Source of the DNA: Octopus sinensis
Taxonomy: Eukaryota
Direction: 5' to 3'
DNA length: 64,000 nucleotides
Assembly (NCBI RefSeq): GCF_006345805.1
Contig: NW_021833429.1
Span: 11,374 to 75,373, forward strand
Each line of letters begins with the position of its first letter. The first letter of the stretch is position 1. Under the pieces are notes generated by a model. It worked only from the letters and a program-made list of their open reading frames with translations, did not search any database and was not told the DNA's origin. This document shows positions 14,799-30,221 of this stretch, piece by piece. The position numbers and the translations under genes are program-made.

Positions 14799-16899
14799 AT
14801 TTCTATTTCTTCCTCCCCCTCTCTTTCTCTCTGCCCACTTTATACATGCACACCACACATATCTTCACACACACACACACACACACACACAGAGTCAAAT
14901 TACCATTTTTTCCTCTTCTCCAGCTCTTCCTCCTTCTCTCTTTGAGCATCTACCTACCCATCCGCTCTCTCTTTCTCCCACGTATATGTATAAACAATAC
15001 ACACACACATTATATGTAGATATATATATATATGCATATATACGTATATATATATATGTGTGTGTGTGTGTGTATGTGTGTATGTATATATATATATATA
15101 TATATACGTATATATATATGTATATATATACATATATACGTATATATATATGTTCGTATGTGTGTGCGTATAAAGTCCACCTTGTGTTTAACATTAGTAA
15201 ACGAATATCGTTTTTTGTCTTTGAAATTTCTTTCAATAGCATCACGAACCATTAAAATGTAGCATAATAAAAATGTATTACATATAAAATCATACCAATA
15301 TTTGTAAATAGAGGAAAAAGAAGATTCTTAGGTTCAACCCACCTTTTATTTTATATACTCGTCCAGTCATCACCTCCTCTCCCTTCCTCTGCGTGTGTGT
15401 GCGTGCGTGTATGTGTGTACGACTGCTTATTCCATATGCGTCTACATTATTTAAACGTTTTATTGTAGCCATTGTTCGTCTCCGTGCTATATTTGAGATC
15501 GCATTGGCAACGGATTGTCGCTTGATGGAAGTGTTATGCAATCACTTCCATGGTCAAGATATGACCTCGAAATACGGTTTCCTTTTTTATTTGTTATTCG
15601 ATATAACTGTTTGTTGCTTTTCCTCTTTTGTTTTGTACGCAAATACTCGGCGGATCCCGTATATCTACGTGCATTTATGTACGCATGTGTACATAAGTAT
15701 GCCACCGCACATTTAATGCTCAAATATGTGGAAAGTAAATATTACGTTTATGTCGACGTATATGACGTATATATCTATGTATGTGTGTCTGTATGAATAT
15801 GCATATATGTGCGTGTGTGTGTATACATATGGCTATATGTACATATATTTATCCGTATAAATATGTAGATGTATATGTATTTATATGTGTATATATATGT
15901 ATACATATGAATTTCTGGATGTATATGTATTTATATATGTGTATGTGTGTGTGAGAGAGAGAGACCAGAGAGAGAATATCTATTTGAGTGCATATCTGGG
16001 TTTGTATGTATGTGTATGTGTTAATGTGTGTGTAATATATTTAAAGGAGAATAGGCAATATCTAAAAAGACTGCGTTAAAATACCTGACATATTTATTAC
16101 ACAGTTGTTATATAATTCCTCCTACACGCTTATTTAACGATTATAGCCCAACATACCCGTATCCGGGTATTGCAGCAAAATGACAGCAGTTAATACTCTT
16201 TCCTCACGTTGATATTCCTTTATCCATTGCTCGGTGTCCCTTCTAAAATATTTGCTGTATTTTTCTTTTAAATTACAACATTAGGTATTGCTGCTGTTAC
16301 AGTTGTTGTCATTATCGATGTTGCATGCAGTTGCTTCTAAATTAACGTTTCTGAAATAAAGCAGATTTCAAAAATGAAATTAATCAGAAAACAAAGTTTC
16401 CGTCAATTGTAATTAGTATCTTCATATTTTGCAAGACTATTTAAGTGGTGAGGTTCATGGTTCTACCTAGATTACTATATGCACGAATATTCACATCTAA
16501 ATACATTATTTGTGGCTTAAGAAGGTAACCAATGTTTTCATATGAAGAGATCTTCACAATTGTTAAGTGCACCATATGGAGAAGTACTTGTCTCCATTAT
16601 GGACGAGAATACACCACATGTACGAGACTAAACGGGATTTTGAAATAAATGCACAGATCATAGAAGGTAACTTGTAATAATATCTTGCAGTAGCCTTGGA
16701 GATTTTGCAAATCAAAAATATTAATCCATACTTGCAGTTTTGAACACTCATTGTCAGTGTTCCATATTAGCGTATACGTTCGATATTGATTAGAGGAAAA
16801 CTGAAAGAAGCCAGTCGTACATGTGTTTGTATGTGAAAGGGAGAGAGAGAAAGAGAGTATCTGTGCATATGTGTGTGCCTTCTTGTATACGTGTTTGTC

Positions 16900-18700
<1,801 letters not shown>

Positions 18701-19085
18701 ATAGATACTCCCTTACTTGCGCCTTTCTTTCGCACCACCGCCACCACTTCGATTCCTTTCTCTTTCATGATCGCCAATCATCTCGTTCTCCCTATTCGCT
18801 ATATCTTCCTCACTCTGCCATCCTCCCCGATTCACTCTGTCTCATGTTCCTCATCCCCATACTCTCTCATCTCTCTCCCTCTCTTTCTTCCTTTCTCTCT
18901 CGTTCTCCTTCCGTCTCTCCCACCTCTTCCGCTATCCATATTCTATTGCCATCTGGTTGTTGTGCTAATTCAGCCATTCAGTGATCCACTTAGCTATTAT
19001 TGTAAATGTGTGACATAATTCTTTCATTATCGATTAACTTATCAATACATACATATTTAAACATATCCTAGACGTATTTTCTGAC

Positions 19086-19130
<45 letters not shown>

Positions 19131-19134
<4 letters not shown>

Positions 19135-19584
19135 GCACGCAACGCATTTATACATATATATATATATATGTAACCTGTCAGCTCAGGAGGTTAGAGTCTC
19201 GTGTGAATATCGTGGTTTCAATTTCCATATTGGCTAGCTTTCAATTATTTTCAAGCTGATGTCCCAGCAGAGCTGTACTCCAATGGCTGTAACTAATAAG
19301 TGTGAGTGTGTGTGGCTTTACACACACACATACACACACATCATTTGCTATTAGCCCAATAGCCATCGTAACTCAAGTGCTAGGAGTTTCGTGTCAGTGC
19401 TTTTCTAAACTTGATATTCATTCGAACAATGATCAAGGCCCTTGAATCGCTCGCTGTACGTTCTCCGCAATTAGAATAATGCAACATGCTCTGATTGGAG
19501 GAAGAATATTACTTCTTGGGTGAAAAATACTTCCTCATCTACTCTTTCTTCTTCACCCTCATTATCTTCTCTCTCCCGCCTGAT

Positions 19585-19634
<50 letters not shown>

Positions 19635-20095
19635 CACATACGCACGCAACGCATTTATACATATATATATATATGTAACCTGTCAGCTCAGGAGGTTAGA
19701 GTCTCGTGTGAATATCGTGGTTTCAATTTCCATATTGGCTAGCTTTCAATTATTTTCAAGCTGATGTCCCAGCAGAGCTGTACTCCAATGGCTGTAACTA
19801 ATAAGTGTGAGTGTGTGTGGCTTTACACACACACATACACACACATCATTTGCTATTAGCCCAATAGCCATCGTAACTCAAGTGCTAGGAGTTTCGTGTC
19901 AGTGCTTTTCTAAACTTGATATTCATTCGAACAATGATCAAGGCCCTTGAATCGCTCGCTGTACGTTCTCCGCAATTAGAATAATGCAACATGCTCTGAT
20001 TGGAGGAAGAATATTACTTCTTGGGTGAAAAATACTTCCTCATCTACTCTTTCTTCTTCACCCTCATTATCTTCTCTCTCCCGCCTGATACACGC
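19131..20095. repeat. Near-exact tandem duplication, period about 505 bp
   Basis: 19131-19590 and 19638-20095 read identical by eye except one AT unit; each copy is bounded by (CA)n. Confidence 0.95.
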
Positions 20096-20215
20096 ACACA
20101 CACACACACACTCACCTATTATTTTAAGGAAATCAATTACCCCCAAAATATTAATTATTGAGCCAGTATTTCCTTGGATGACGCCATCCCTTCATGAGGC
20201 TAACATAACCTCTAA

Positions 20216-20260
<45 letters not shown>

Positions 20261-20276
20261 TATTTTATTTTATTCT

Positions 20277-20679
20277 TTTACTTGATTCAGACATTTGACT
20301 GCGGCCATGCTGGAGCATCGCCTTAAATGGGGTTTTTTTAGTCGAAAAAATCGACCCCAGGACTTATTCTCTGTAAGCCTGCAACTTATTCTATCGGTTT
20401 CTTTCGTCAAACCACTAAGTTACGGGGACGTAAGCATACCAACATCGGTTGTCAAGCGATGGTGGAGAAACAAAAGACACAAAGACACACATACAGAAAT
20501 ATATATATATATATATTACGACGGGCTTCTTTCAATTTCCGTCTACGAAATCCACTCACAAGGCTTTGGCCGGCCCGAGGCTATAGAAAACACTTGCCGA
20601 AGGTGCCACGCAGTGGGACTGAACCTAGAACCATGTGGTTGAGAAGCTTGCTTCTTACCACACAGCTACGTCTGCACCT
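20277..20679 (-). mobile_element. tRNA/CORE SINE family B (head, CORE-like block, microsatellite, tail)
   Basis: Plus strand shows GACTGCGGCCATGCTGGAGC...GTTGTCAAGCG...ACGACGGGCTTC...GGTGCCACGCAGTGGGACTGAACC; the B box GGTTCAGTCCC is on the minus strand. Confidence 0.9.
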
Positions 20680-20970
20680 GGAGTTGCTTTCATGTCGAGT
20701 CATAATAAAGAAAATTTAGATGAAGCTGAACGATTTGTAGAATGCATATTTTTTATCGTTATATATTGGGATGATCATTTTTTCTTGGCAGTTAAACACG
20801 CTCACTGTTTATTCGTTCTTCACTTGTTTATTCCTGTCCTTATTTTATGTCTATTCTCTGGAAATCTTTCGCCACTCACCTGTGATCTCTTCTGCTACTT
20901 TCTATCTCACGTGTCTCCTATTCTGTTTAGTCCATTCCCAAAATTTAGCAATATCTGTTTCAACACACTA

Positions 20971-21285
20971 CAGGGTGATTCAAAAGTCGCCATTCATAGG
21001 AATAATTTATCTTTTTTTTTTTATAAAAAACAGCTTATAAGAACTGTTTTTTTTTATTTAACAGGCTCTGAATGGTTACCATTGTTTTGATTACACATTG
21101 CAATACGTTTACCCCACTCATTGTGAACTCGTAATTGCACATCTGGTGATACCTATGCAAATGAGTTGGTGATGCGTTCCTTCAAATGATTTAGGTCTTT
21201 TATCTTTCCACGATACACCATACCTTTCAAATGCCCCCAAAGATAGAAATCGGGAGGGGTCAGATCAAGGGATCTAGGGGATCTT
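20971..21285 (-). mobile_element. Truncated Tc1/mariner element (rosa/DD41D-like), 3' end and one TIR
   Basis: Minus strand translates PRSLDLTPPDFYLWGHLKGMVYRGKIKDLNHLKERITNSFA*VSPDVQLRVHNEWGKRIAMCNQNNGNHSEPV*, matching the PRSPDLTPxDFFLWG C-terminal motif. Terminus TA|CAGGGTGATTCAAAAGTCGCC at 20971. Subfamily assignment from recalled motifs. Confidence 0.85.
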
Positions 21286-21791
21286 ATAAACTGTTTCATT
21301 ATAAAAAGTAATTTTCTCCTATGTGTGGAGACTTTTAAATCATCCTGTATTTCACATTAGGAATCCTTGAAAAGCAAATTCATAAACCTAACATATTTAT
21401 TCTTCTTCTACAAGAATACTCTTCGCAGAGGCTTTGAAGTTTCGGCTTTCTTAACCCCCATCCGATTAAGAGTAAAAGCAGGGCTGAAACTTCGAAATCA
21501 CCATCAACACTATATTTATGGAAGAAGTAGGTGTATACACATAGTCCATGTTTAATAGCTTCCGTCTCTCTCGTCCCTTCCTCTCTCCCTTTCTCTCTAA
21601 CCCTCTCTCCCCCTCACTCTATTGGTCATACAGACTGCATTTATTCTCCTGACTCTCGTTCCTCATTCTTTTGCATTGTCTTGAAGTGCACAGCTGTGAA
21701 TGTTTAGGCCTGTTTATGTGCGAACCAGGCGCTGTTTGTCATAGAATGGTAAACATACGTGACGGCGTTTATAAACCTAAGTAGGTGGGTA

Positions 21792-21885
<94 letters not shown>

Positions 21886-22002
21886 CATATACACACGCAC
21901 ACACACATATATATATAAGAGTGAATATCTATATTCTCAAAGACATATACGTAATGATTACGTATGCTTTCTTACGCATATTTATATCTTCCGGGTTTCT
22001 CC

Positions 22003-22082
<80 letters not shown>

Positions 22083-22429
22083 GTGTGTGTGTGTGTGTGT
22101 ATGGATGCGTATATGTGTGTTTGAATGTATACATATGTGTCTACGAACAAATGTGCATGTTTTGGAATTGGGGGTGGCGTATATACATACCCGTTGGCAC
22201 ACAATATGCATGGACATAACGGTTGTGGTGGGTGGGGGTGCTTTTGTCGCTGAGTCTGCTTACGTTTTGTCCTTTACGCAATTACTGGCTATACGTATGG
22301 ACACCACAGAGAGACATAGAGAGGCGGAGGGGCGGAGACAGACAGATAAACGGACGGACAGACAGACAGACAGACAGAAGATAGGTAGTAGACAGACAGA
22401 GAGAGAGAGATACAGAGAGAGATAACGAA

Positions 22430-22509
<80 letters not shown>

Positions 22510-22838
22510 TTTGGTAGACAGACAGACAGATATCTACACCGACAGTCAGACGCACTGAAACACACACACATACACACGCATTAATGCATATGTTCTTTGT
22601 TCACGCTTCAAAAGACATCTCTCCGCCTTCTTTCCGATCGTTATGTAGTCAGGTTATATTAAAAACCCACAAACAGCCGAGTAAAACAGCTTTGTGAAGT
22701 ATATGATGAAGTATATGACAGAGGACCACCATCTTGGTTACCATTAAACACAGTAACCGTTGCTACACGGAGGATTCTCCGCATGACTGGACACTGGATG
22801 TTGTTATTTCCACACACACACACACAACACACACAAAC

Positions 22839-22874
<36 letters not shown>

Positions 22875-22944
22875 ACACACACATAAACACATACATACGT
22901 ACATATATATATATATTATATATATATATAATATATATATATAT

Positions 22945-22983
<39 letters not shown>

Positions 22984-23783
22984 CTCCCACCACTGACCTG
23001 TCCTAATCATAGAGGCCAGGATCTCTCAACGCACGTCCCCCTTTAATCCTCGTCATTCACACTATGTTCCCACCCTCAGCCAGCTTCCCCACCCGTCCCA
23101 TGATGCATTGCACTAAGTACAACCTTCAGACTTCCTTTACCACTACGTCGTTCTTTTGGAATTTCCTTCCTGCAAAACGGCTTTCTTGTGGCTTTCGATC
23201 GACCATTGTTGAAGAGACACATTAACCGTTTCATCGGTCTCTAAAGACCTGTGAAGGCCATAAGCACCGCACAGTCTCTCCTTTGTGACCAGCCCAATAA
23301 AAAAAAAGGAAAGAGAAGGAAACAAAATGGATGACGTTCCAATCGTTATCGTCCCATCTTTTGTACAGCCAGTCTGCATCTCCTTCGATATTTTCTAAAG
23401 CGTTCTATTTTTGTTTTGTGTTTCGGTTTGGTCATTTTTTTTTTGCCAAATAAACACACGCACTATAACTTTGTTCTTCATTCGTTTGTTTCTCTTCTTA
23501 TTCTAACTCATCTCCATTGTCCGGAAATCTTTCGTCACCCTTCTCTGACCTCTTCAACGATACTTTTCCTCTTCGTGTGTGCTCTTGCTCCACTTATTTC
23601 ATTCTGTTTTTCTATGATGTGTATCCTTATGTGCGTATGCATTTGCGTCGATAAGATGTAATTTCTGGAGGACTTGGCTGCTATTTTTAGCAGGACGTAC
23701 AACCATATCAAACTTTCCTCTTTCCCTCGTTTTATGCACTGGTTATTGCTATTTAAGATGCCAAATGCTTTTTAGCTTGTACC

Positions 23784-24108
23784 TTTTACTTGGTTCAGTC
23801 ATTACACTGCGACCATGCTGGGGCACCGCCTTAAAGAATTTTCAGTCGAACGAATCGACAATGGAATTTTAAGCATTTTTAGGCTGGTATTCTTTTCCCG
23901 AACCGCTAAGTTACGGGGGCGTAAACACACCGGCTGTCAAGTGGCAGGGGTGAAAAAAAAAACAGACACAAACACACAAAACAGGCTTCTTTCAGTTTCC
24001 ATCCAGCAAATGTTGAAGACACTTGCGCAAGGGGTCACACTGTGGGACCGAACCTGAAACCATGTGGTTGGGAAGCAAGTTTCTTACCACACAGCTACGT
24101 CTGCGCCT
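23784..24108 (-). mobile_element. SINE family B
   Basis: Same blocks as 20277-20679 with an internal deletion. Confidence 0.85.
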
Positions 24109-24323
24109 AATATAAATATGTGTGTGCGCGTGCGTGTATAGAGATGCTACGGTGTGGTTTAAAGAGAATTTAACTGCTATTTCTAACATGACAATTATCC
24201 ATGTAAGGGCTCTTCATTTACTCTTCGTGTGTATCAGCTGAAGATTTTTTGTCAGAATCTAAGCACTCTCTGTATCAAAGCCCATTCTAATGAGCTTGGA
24301 GTATGTAGCGCGTTCCATTTCAG

Positions 24324-24397
24324 TGAACTCTGCGGCTAATACAGATTTAATTATTAAACGCTTAGTCGAGGAGACAAATGTCAACGTGACCTTTCAG
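24324..24397 (+). CDS. Candidate internal coding exon, product unknown
   Basis: ttccatttcag|TGAAC...TTTCAG|gtaagg; open frame xNSAANTDLIIKRLVEETNVNVTFQ in non-repetitive DNA. Confidence 0.3.
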
Positions 24398-24446
24398 GTA
24401 AGGTTGACTTGACCTCACTAGATACATACATACATACATACATACA

Positions 24447-24480
<34 letters not shown>

Positions 24481-24560
24481 AATATATATATAAATATATA
24501 TATATATACATATATATGTATATAAATAAATTAATAAATAAATAAAACATATGCATATAT

Positions 24561-24785
24561 ACATACATATATGTACGTACCTACCTCTACATGTATATAT
24601 ACATGCATATATGGGTACAGGACACCAAAAAAACCTCAAACACAATGAGAAACGAAAACATAAACACAAAACCAAGGATATGGACATTTTTCTTAAACAC
24701 AGAAAAAATAGAGTACAGGACATACAAAACAAGGAAAATTCCCCTTCTTCAGTCGCCTTTGTTTCATCTACTCCACGTTCGAAGG

Positions 24786-24786
<1 letters not shown>
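24561..24786. repeat. Interspersed repeat, copy 1 (truncated by (TA)n)
   Basis: Aligns by eye with 47811-48042: ATGTACGTACCTAC...GGGTACAGGACAC...CCCCTTCTTCAGTCGCC...CGAAGGT. Confidence 0.85.
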
Positions 24787-24834
<48 letters not shown>

Positions 24835-25141
24835 TTTATAGAGAGAGACAGCTATACAGACAGACAGAGATGGTCATTTTTGGGGCCGAATAAACACACG
24901 CACTATATATTTGGGCTTTATAAGGACACATCTTGGATTGTAATCCTTATATATACATATATACATGCATATATGTCTGTGTGAATGTGTGTATGCATGT
25001 GTGCGGTGCTTCAGCATGGCTGCAGTCAAATGACTGAAACAAGTAAAATAAAGGAATACACGCACACACACACACACGTACTTCTATATTACATAATACA
25101 CATGCATATGTGAGATCTTTCTCTCCCTTCTTTTCCTCCGA

Positions 25142-25210
<69 letters not shown>

Positions 25211-25919
25211 TCCGTTTAAACCCCGGTTCTTGTATTTATCTCAGCGGGTGTCAAACTCCACACCACCCCACCACCGGCTAATAACCCTATTTGAGTCTTG
25301 TCCCCTCATGTATTATTTTCCTTCTTATCTTTTTACTGGTTATTTCATACTGTGTGATAGTTGGGGTGAGAGAGAGAAAGGGAGAGAGAGAGAGAGAGAA
25401 AAAAGTGAGAGAGAGAGAGAGAGAGAGAGAAAGTGAAAGAGAGAGAGAGCGAGGGTAAGGGCGCTGATGGCCTGGTGTAGTTGAATGTACGATCAGTCAC
25501 CGTTTGGTGTGTTGCATCACGTGATCCTGCTTGTATTTGATTCTGCCATTTATCGTATTTGATGACCGTCTGACATTTTCGAAACCATGACCGGCGGCAC
25601 CGAATGTAAGTTGAGCTGACAGGAAACATTGAGAAATTGGACCAAGTCGCGTCTTCTGTTAACTCTGAACTTCAGCAAACTTCGCACTAAATAATCTCGG
25701 CACAACACACGCTGTACAATATCACGTGGTACACTAAGACGTGATAAACAGTATTCCGAAGCACATTACTATGAAAGACTATCAAAGATGTGATAGCTGA
25801 CGTAGATAGGAATACATAACTGGACATGGATATGAATGGATAATCAAGTATATTCTGATCGAGTGAATCTAGGATTGGCAAGTAGAGATTTCCCTGTTTC
25901 GTATGATGTGTGTGTGTGT

Positions 25920-25985
<66 letters not shown>

Positions 25986-25992
25986 TGTGTAT

Positions 25993-26396
25993 AAGGCGGT
26001 GAGCTGGCAGAATCGTTAGCACGCTGGATGAAATGCTTAGCGTTATTTCGTCTGCCGCTACATTCTGAGTTCAAATTCCACCGAGGTCGACTTTACCTTT
26101 CATCCTTTCGGGGTCGATTAAATAAGTACCAGTTGCGCACTGGGGTCGATATAATCGACTGGATCCGTTTGTCTGTCCTTGTTTGTCCTCTCTGTGTTTA
26201 GCCCCTTGTGGGTAGTAAAGAAATAGGTATTTCGTTTGCCGTGACGTCTTGAGTTCAAATTCTGCCGAGGTCGACTTTGCCTTCCATCCTTTCGGGGTCG
26301 ATAAATTAAATACCAGTTGCGTACTGGGGTCGATCTAATCGACTGGCCCTCCCCCTCCCCATCAAAATTTCGGGCCTCGAGCCTAGAGTAGAAAAG
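25993..26396 (+). mobile_element. SINE family A with one 184-bp internal repeat
   Basis: AAGGCGGTGAGCTGGCAGAATCGTTAGC head; CCGAGGTCGAC at 26081 and 26265; tail CCTAGAGTAGAAAAG. Confidence 0.9.
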
Positions 26397-26864
26397 TGTG
26401 TGTGTGTGTGTGTGTGTTTTGTGTGCAAATATTTTGTGTAATGTGCATCTGTATATTTTGTGATTGTAATGTATGTATATTGTGTGTAATGTATATCTAT
26501 ATGTAATATATTTCGTGTTTGTAACGTGCATGTATGTATGTATATATGTATGTATGTGTATGTGTGCATGTACGTATGCATGTGTGTATGTATGTGTGTA
26601 TTATGTGTGTATGTGTGTATGTGTGTGTGTGTGTGTGTGGTGTGTGTGTGTGTGTGTGTGTGTGAATGCACAGTTAGCTGAATGGCTAAGATGTTCGCTT
26701 CTCAACCCCAAGGTCTCGGATTCGAGCCCGCTGCGCGACATCTTGATCAAACAAGGCCTTGGGTTAACCTGCACCTAGTGAATAAAACTCAACAGACAGA
26801 AGCAGTCTGTCTGAGGGATTCTGGCCGTAATTCATTATTGCCAGCCCAGAACAATTGTGCAACG

Positions 26865-26976
26865 AGAAATAAAATGTCTTGCCCAAGAACACTACATGCA
26901 ACCTTGTCCAGGAATCGAACTTACAACCTTACAATCGTGATCCGAATACCCTAACCACTAAGCCACGTGCCTTCAC
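26865..26976 (-). mobile_element. SINE family C-type head fragment
   Basis: Minus strand GTGAAGGCACGTGGCTTAGTGGTTAGGG...GTTCGATTCC...TTCTTGGGCAAGACATTTTA. Confidence 0.75.
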
Positions 26977-27455
26977 AACAAGATTAGTGCGCAGAAGGCT
27001 TGGTGGCAGGCAAGGAGTAAAGGAACGCTACATTCACACACGCATACACAGTGAGAGAGAAGCTATCATAAGAGACAGAGGGAAAATATGGTAAATGTTT
27101 GCAGCATGTGGGCTGTTAAATGGCGGCACACAATGAGGCAAGATTGCATAATACAACAAATGCAGCCATAACGGATCGAACTAAATCAATAAATAATGGC
27201 TGATGTCATAAAATGAAAGAGCATTGTTAGGTAGGACAGAATGCTTCTAACTTCCAGATGAAAGCATTTCCCATGGTACATTGAATCAGGAACGAACAGT
27301 AGAGAATTGTGGAATGGTTGGGTCCCGTATTACGATCTCTTAAAATCTTTTATTGTGAATGTCAGATATATTCATTCAAAATTTCATTACCCTTAACTGC
27401 GGAAAGCAGTTTTATGTACGAATCTGTCTTTTGTTAAGAAATGTCGTCTTTAATC

Positions 27456-27882
27456 TTTTACTTGTTTCAGTCATTTTGACTGCGGCCATGCTGGGGCACC
27501 GCCTGGTAGAATTTTAGTCGATCGAATGGACTCCAGTAATTATTTTATTCATTTGTTTTTTTAATATTTTTTAAGCCTGGTAATTATTTTATTTTGGTCT
27601 CTTTTGCCGAACCGCCAAGTTACGGGAATATAAACACACCAATACCAGTTGTCAAGCGGTGGTAGGGACAAACTCAAACCCAAAGACACAATCACACATA
27701 CATACATATACACGCACACAGTACGGGCTTCTTTCAGTTTCCGTCAGCCAAATCCATTTACAAAGATTTGGTCGGCCCGAGGCTGTAGTAGAAGACACAT
27801 GCCCAAGGTGCCACACAGTGGGACTGAACCCGGAACCCGGAACCATGTGGTTGGAAAACATGATTCTTAACCACACCGCCAC
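27456..27882 (-). mobile_element. SINE family B
   Basis: Near-complete copy; local GAACCCG duplication beside the B box. Confidence 0.9.
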
Positions 27883-28234
27883 ACACATTTGAAACTTCCT
27901 TTCTTTTGTTTTTCTTTTGCTATGTCAAGTTTATTGATGCAATGAAACTTGCAAAAAATAACAATCCTACATTTTTTTTCTTGCAGATATTTAACACCAT
28001 TACTGGAATAACCATGAAATTTAATTAATTAAAAGGTTAGTATCGTTTACACATCAAAAGCTCTAAAAACATACATGAAGGTCATAACTTAATCAGTTAC
28101 CTTTAAATTTCTAAAATTTAAATGCATTTTGTATTTTAAAGAAATAAAAATGAATATTGATTTGTTGACACTAGCTTTTTATCGATTAGTTGCCGCTGTT
28201 TCTATTGTTGCTGATGCTGCTGTTGTTGTTTAGA

Positions 28235-29113
28235 TTATGATCAGCCCTGGTTGCCTGGTTACGTGTCAGGCCTATGATCAAGGCCTTTCCATCCATGACA
28301 AGGCTGTTTATTTTTGCTCGCTCTTTGTATAACTCAAACTATATTTTCAAATACAAAATTTTTTTCTCTCTCAAAACTGAACAGTTGCATGAGGGAGATA
28401 TTTGTACTATTTCGAGCAAGCCGCACAACTTGTGGTGAAGGTGACGTTGGAGGCGGTCGACCTATTAGTAGCAGTGGGAGGAGGAGGAAGAGGAGGTAGG
28501 AAGAGGAAGAGAAGTGGGAAGAAGAGGGGAGGGAGGAGGATAAGGAAGAGAGGTGGGGAGGAAGCAGTGGAGGAAGAGGGAAGGAAGTGGGGAGGGGAGG
28601 AAGAGGAGGGAGAGGAAGTCGCGAGGAGAGGGGAGGGGGGAGGAGGAAGAAGATAGAAAGAATGTGCCACAAATCATGGGTTGTAGAGAACGACGAAGGT
28701 GAGGGACGTCTTTGGTCAGAGATCTGGTGGATCAATACTTATTTGGTATGGTTGTATGCAAAAATAATAAGTGAGATGGTTTTGACGTAAATTTCTGCAG
28801 TAGTTTCCGCTAAAGTCACCCATAAACCGGGTACCGTATTTTGTGGAAAATGCAAACCGATTTACATAATCTAATTTTAGGAGAAATAATGTTTTTATAA
28901 TTATGATCAGACCTGGTTGCCTGGTTACATGTCAGGCCTATGTCAGGTCTTTCCATCCATGACAAGGCTGTTTATTTTTGCTCGCTCTTTGTATAACTCA
29001 AACTATATTTTCAAATACAGAATTTTTTTCTCTCTCAAAACTGAACAGTTGCATGAGGGAGATGTTTGTACTATTTCGAGCAAGCCGCACAACTTGTGGT
29101 AAAGGTGACGTTG
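28235..29113. repeat. Direct repeat of about 214 bp (28235-28449 and 28901-29113)
   Basis: TTATGATCAG...GGTGACGTTG occurs twice with only a few substitutions and one small indel. Confidence 0.95.
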
Positions 29114-29351
29114 ATTGAGCAGTGCCCATCAGGTACACGCTAAATGCCTGTTACCAGACAAAACTGGTGGACAAATCAACAGAGTGTGTATGCGAAATCG
29201 CCAGAAAATGACCATCCTGCCTAATGGCTTAAATGTCCTGCGATTATTCATGCTACACACCATGGTGATTGTACTACATCTACTTTTGGTGACCAAATGT
29301 TAACTACTAGCGCCCGACTACGACTTCCATCAACCATCCTGTTGATTTCAG

Positions 29352-29401
29352 AAAACCACAGCAATGTTTGAGTTGAAGGGGAAAATGCATGGTAATTCCA
29401 A
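29352..29401 (+). CDS. Candidate 50-nt exon
   Basis: ctgttgatttcag|AAAACC...TTCCAA|gtaagt; only one frame is open (KTTAMFELKGKMHGNS). Confidence 0.3.
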
Positions 29402-30163
29402 GTAAGTTTTTATTTTGTAAGCAACAACAAAAACAAAAATCTGCGTCTTTCTTACTGCAAAATACGGTTACAGCATTAAAACATCAATTCTGTTACAACA
29501 GCAAGGCATGCTAGCCATAGATTCTAACAAGTCAGTCAAATAATGAGACGATCGAAAACTCGGAAGATGTGATTACGATGTGGAATTTTTAATCAGTGAT
29601 TATAATTCCAAATAAGCACGTGTTGTTTCAGAACATAAATGATAGTAGACTTTAGGAAGATTATTTCTCCATATCCTAAAGTTTCAAACTTATCGTCGTT
29701 TATATATTATGCATGCAGAATTCCTAGAATGGGTTGAGCAACCTTTGACCGATTTTGTAGTCGCAGATCAATCACCATTGTCAGCAGAATTTCCCTAAGT
29801 CTCAAGTTTCCTGCTTCTACACGCAACGTTCGATCAGCAAATTTCTAATATTGTCATAATAATCATAATAATCGAAGCTACTGAAAGTTCAATAGCATAT
29901 GAAACTTACACACACACAGACACACAGACATTCGCAGGTACACACACACAGAGATGCTGACACACACACCCGTTCGCAAATACAGACACTGACGCTGACA
30001 CACAAACACCGTGAGTGTGTGTTTGTGTGTGCACGCACGCGCGCATGTGTCTTACAAACCTGTTCTTCTGTTTCCGTTGTGAAGAATAGAAAGAGATAAT
30101 TTACGAACGAAAGGAGAGAGGAAGAAAGGTAAAGAGGTTGATAGAAGGATGAAGATAAGGCGG

Positions 30164-30221
<58 letters not shown>

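Noticed and set aside
16572-16670. Possible exon HHMEKYLSPLWTRIHHMYETKRDFEINAQIIE
   Set aside because: Weak acceptor and no recognisable homology.
26669-26740. tRNA gene
   Set aside because: A- and B-box-like motifs are present but the anticodon and acceptor stems do not pair; more likely a decayed SINE head.
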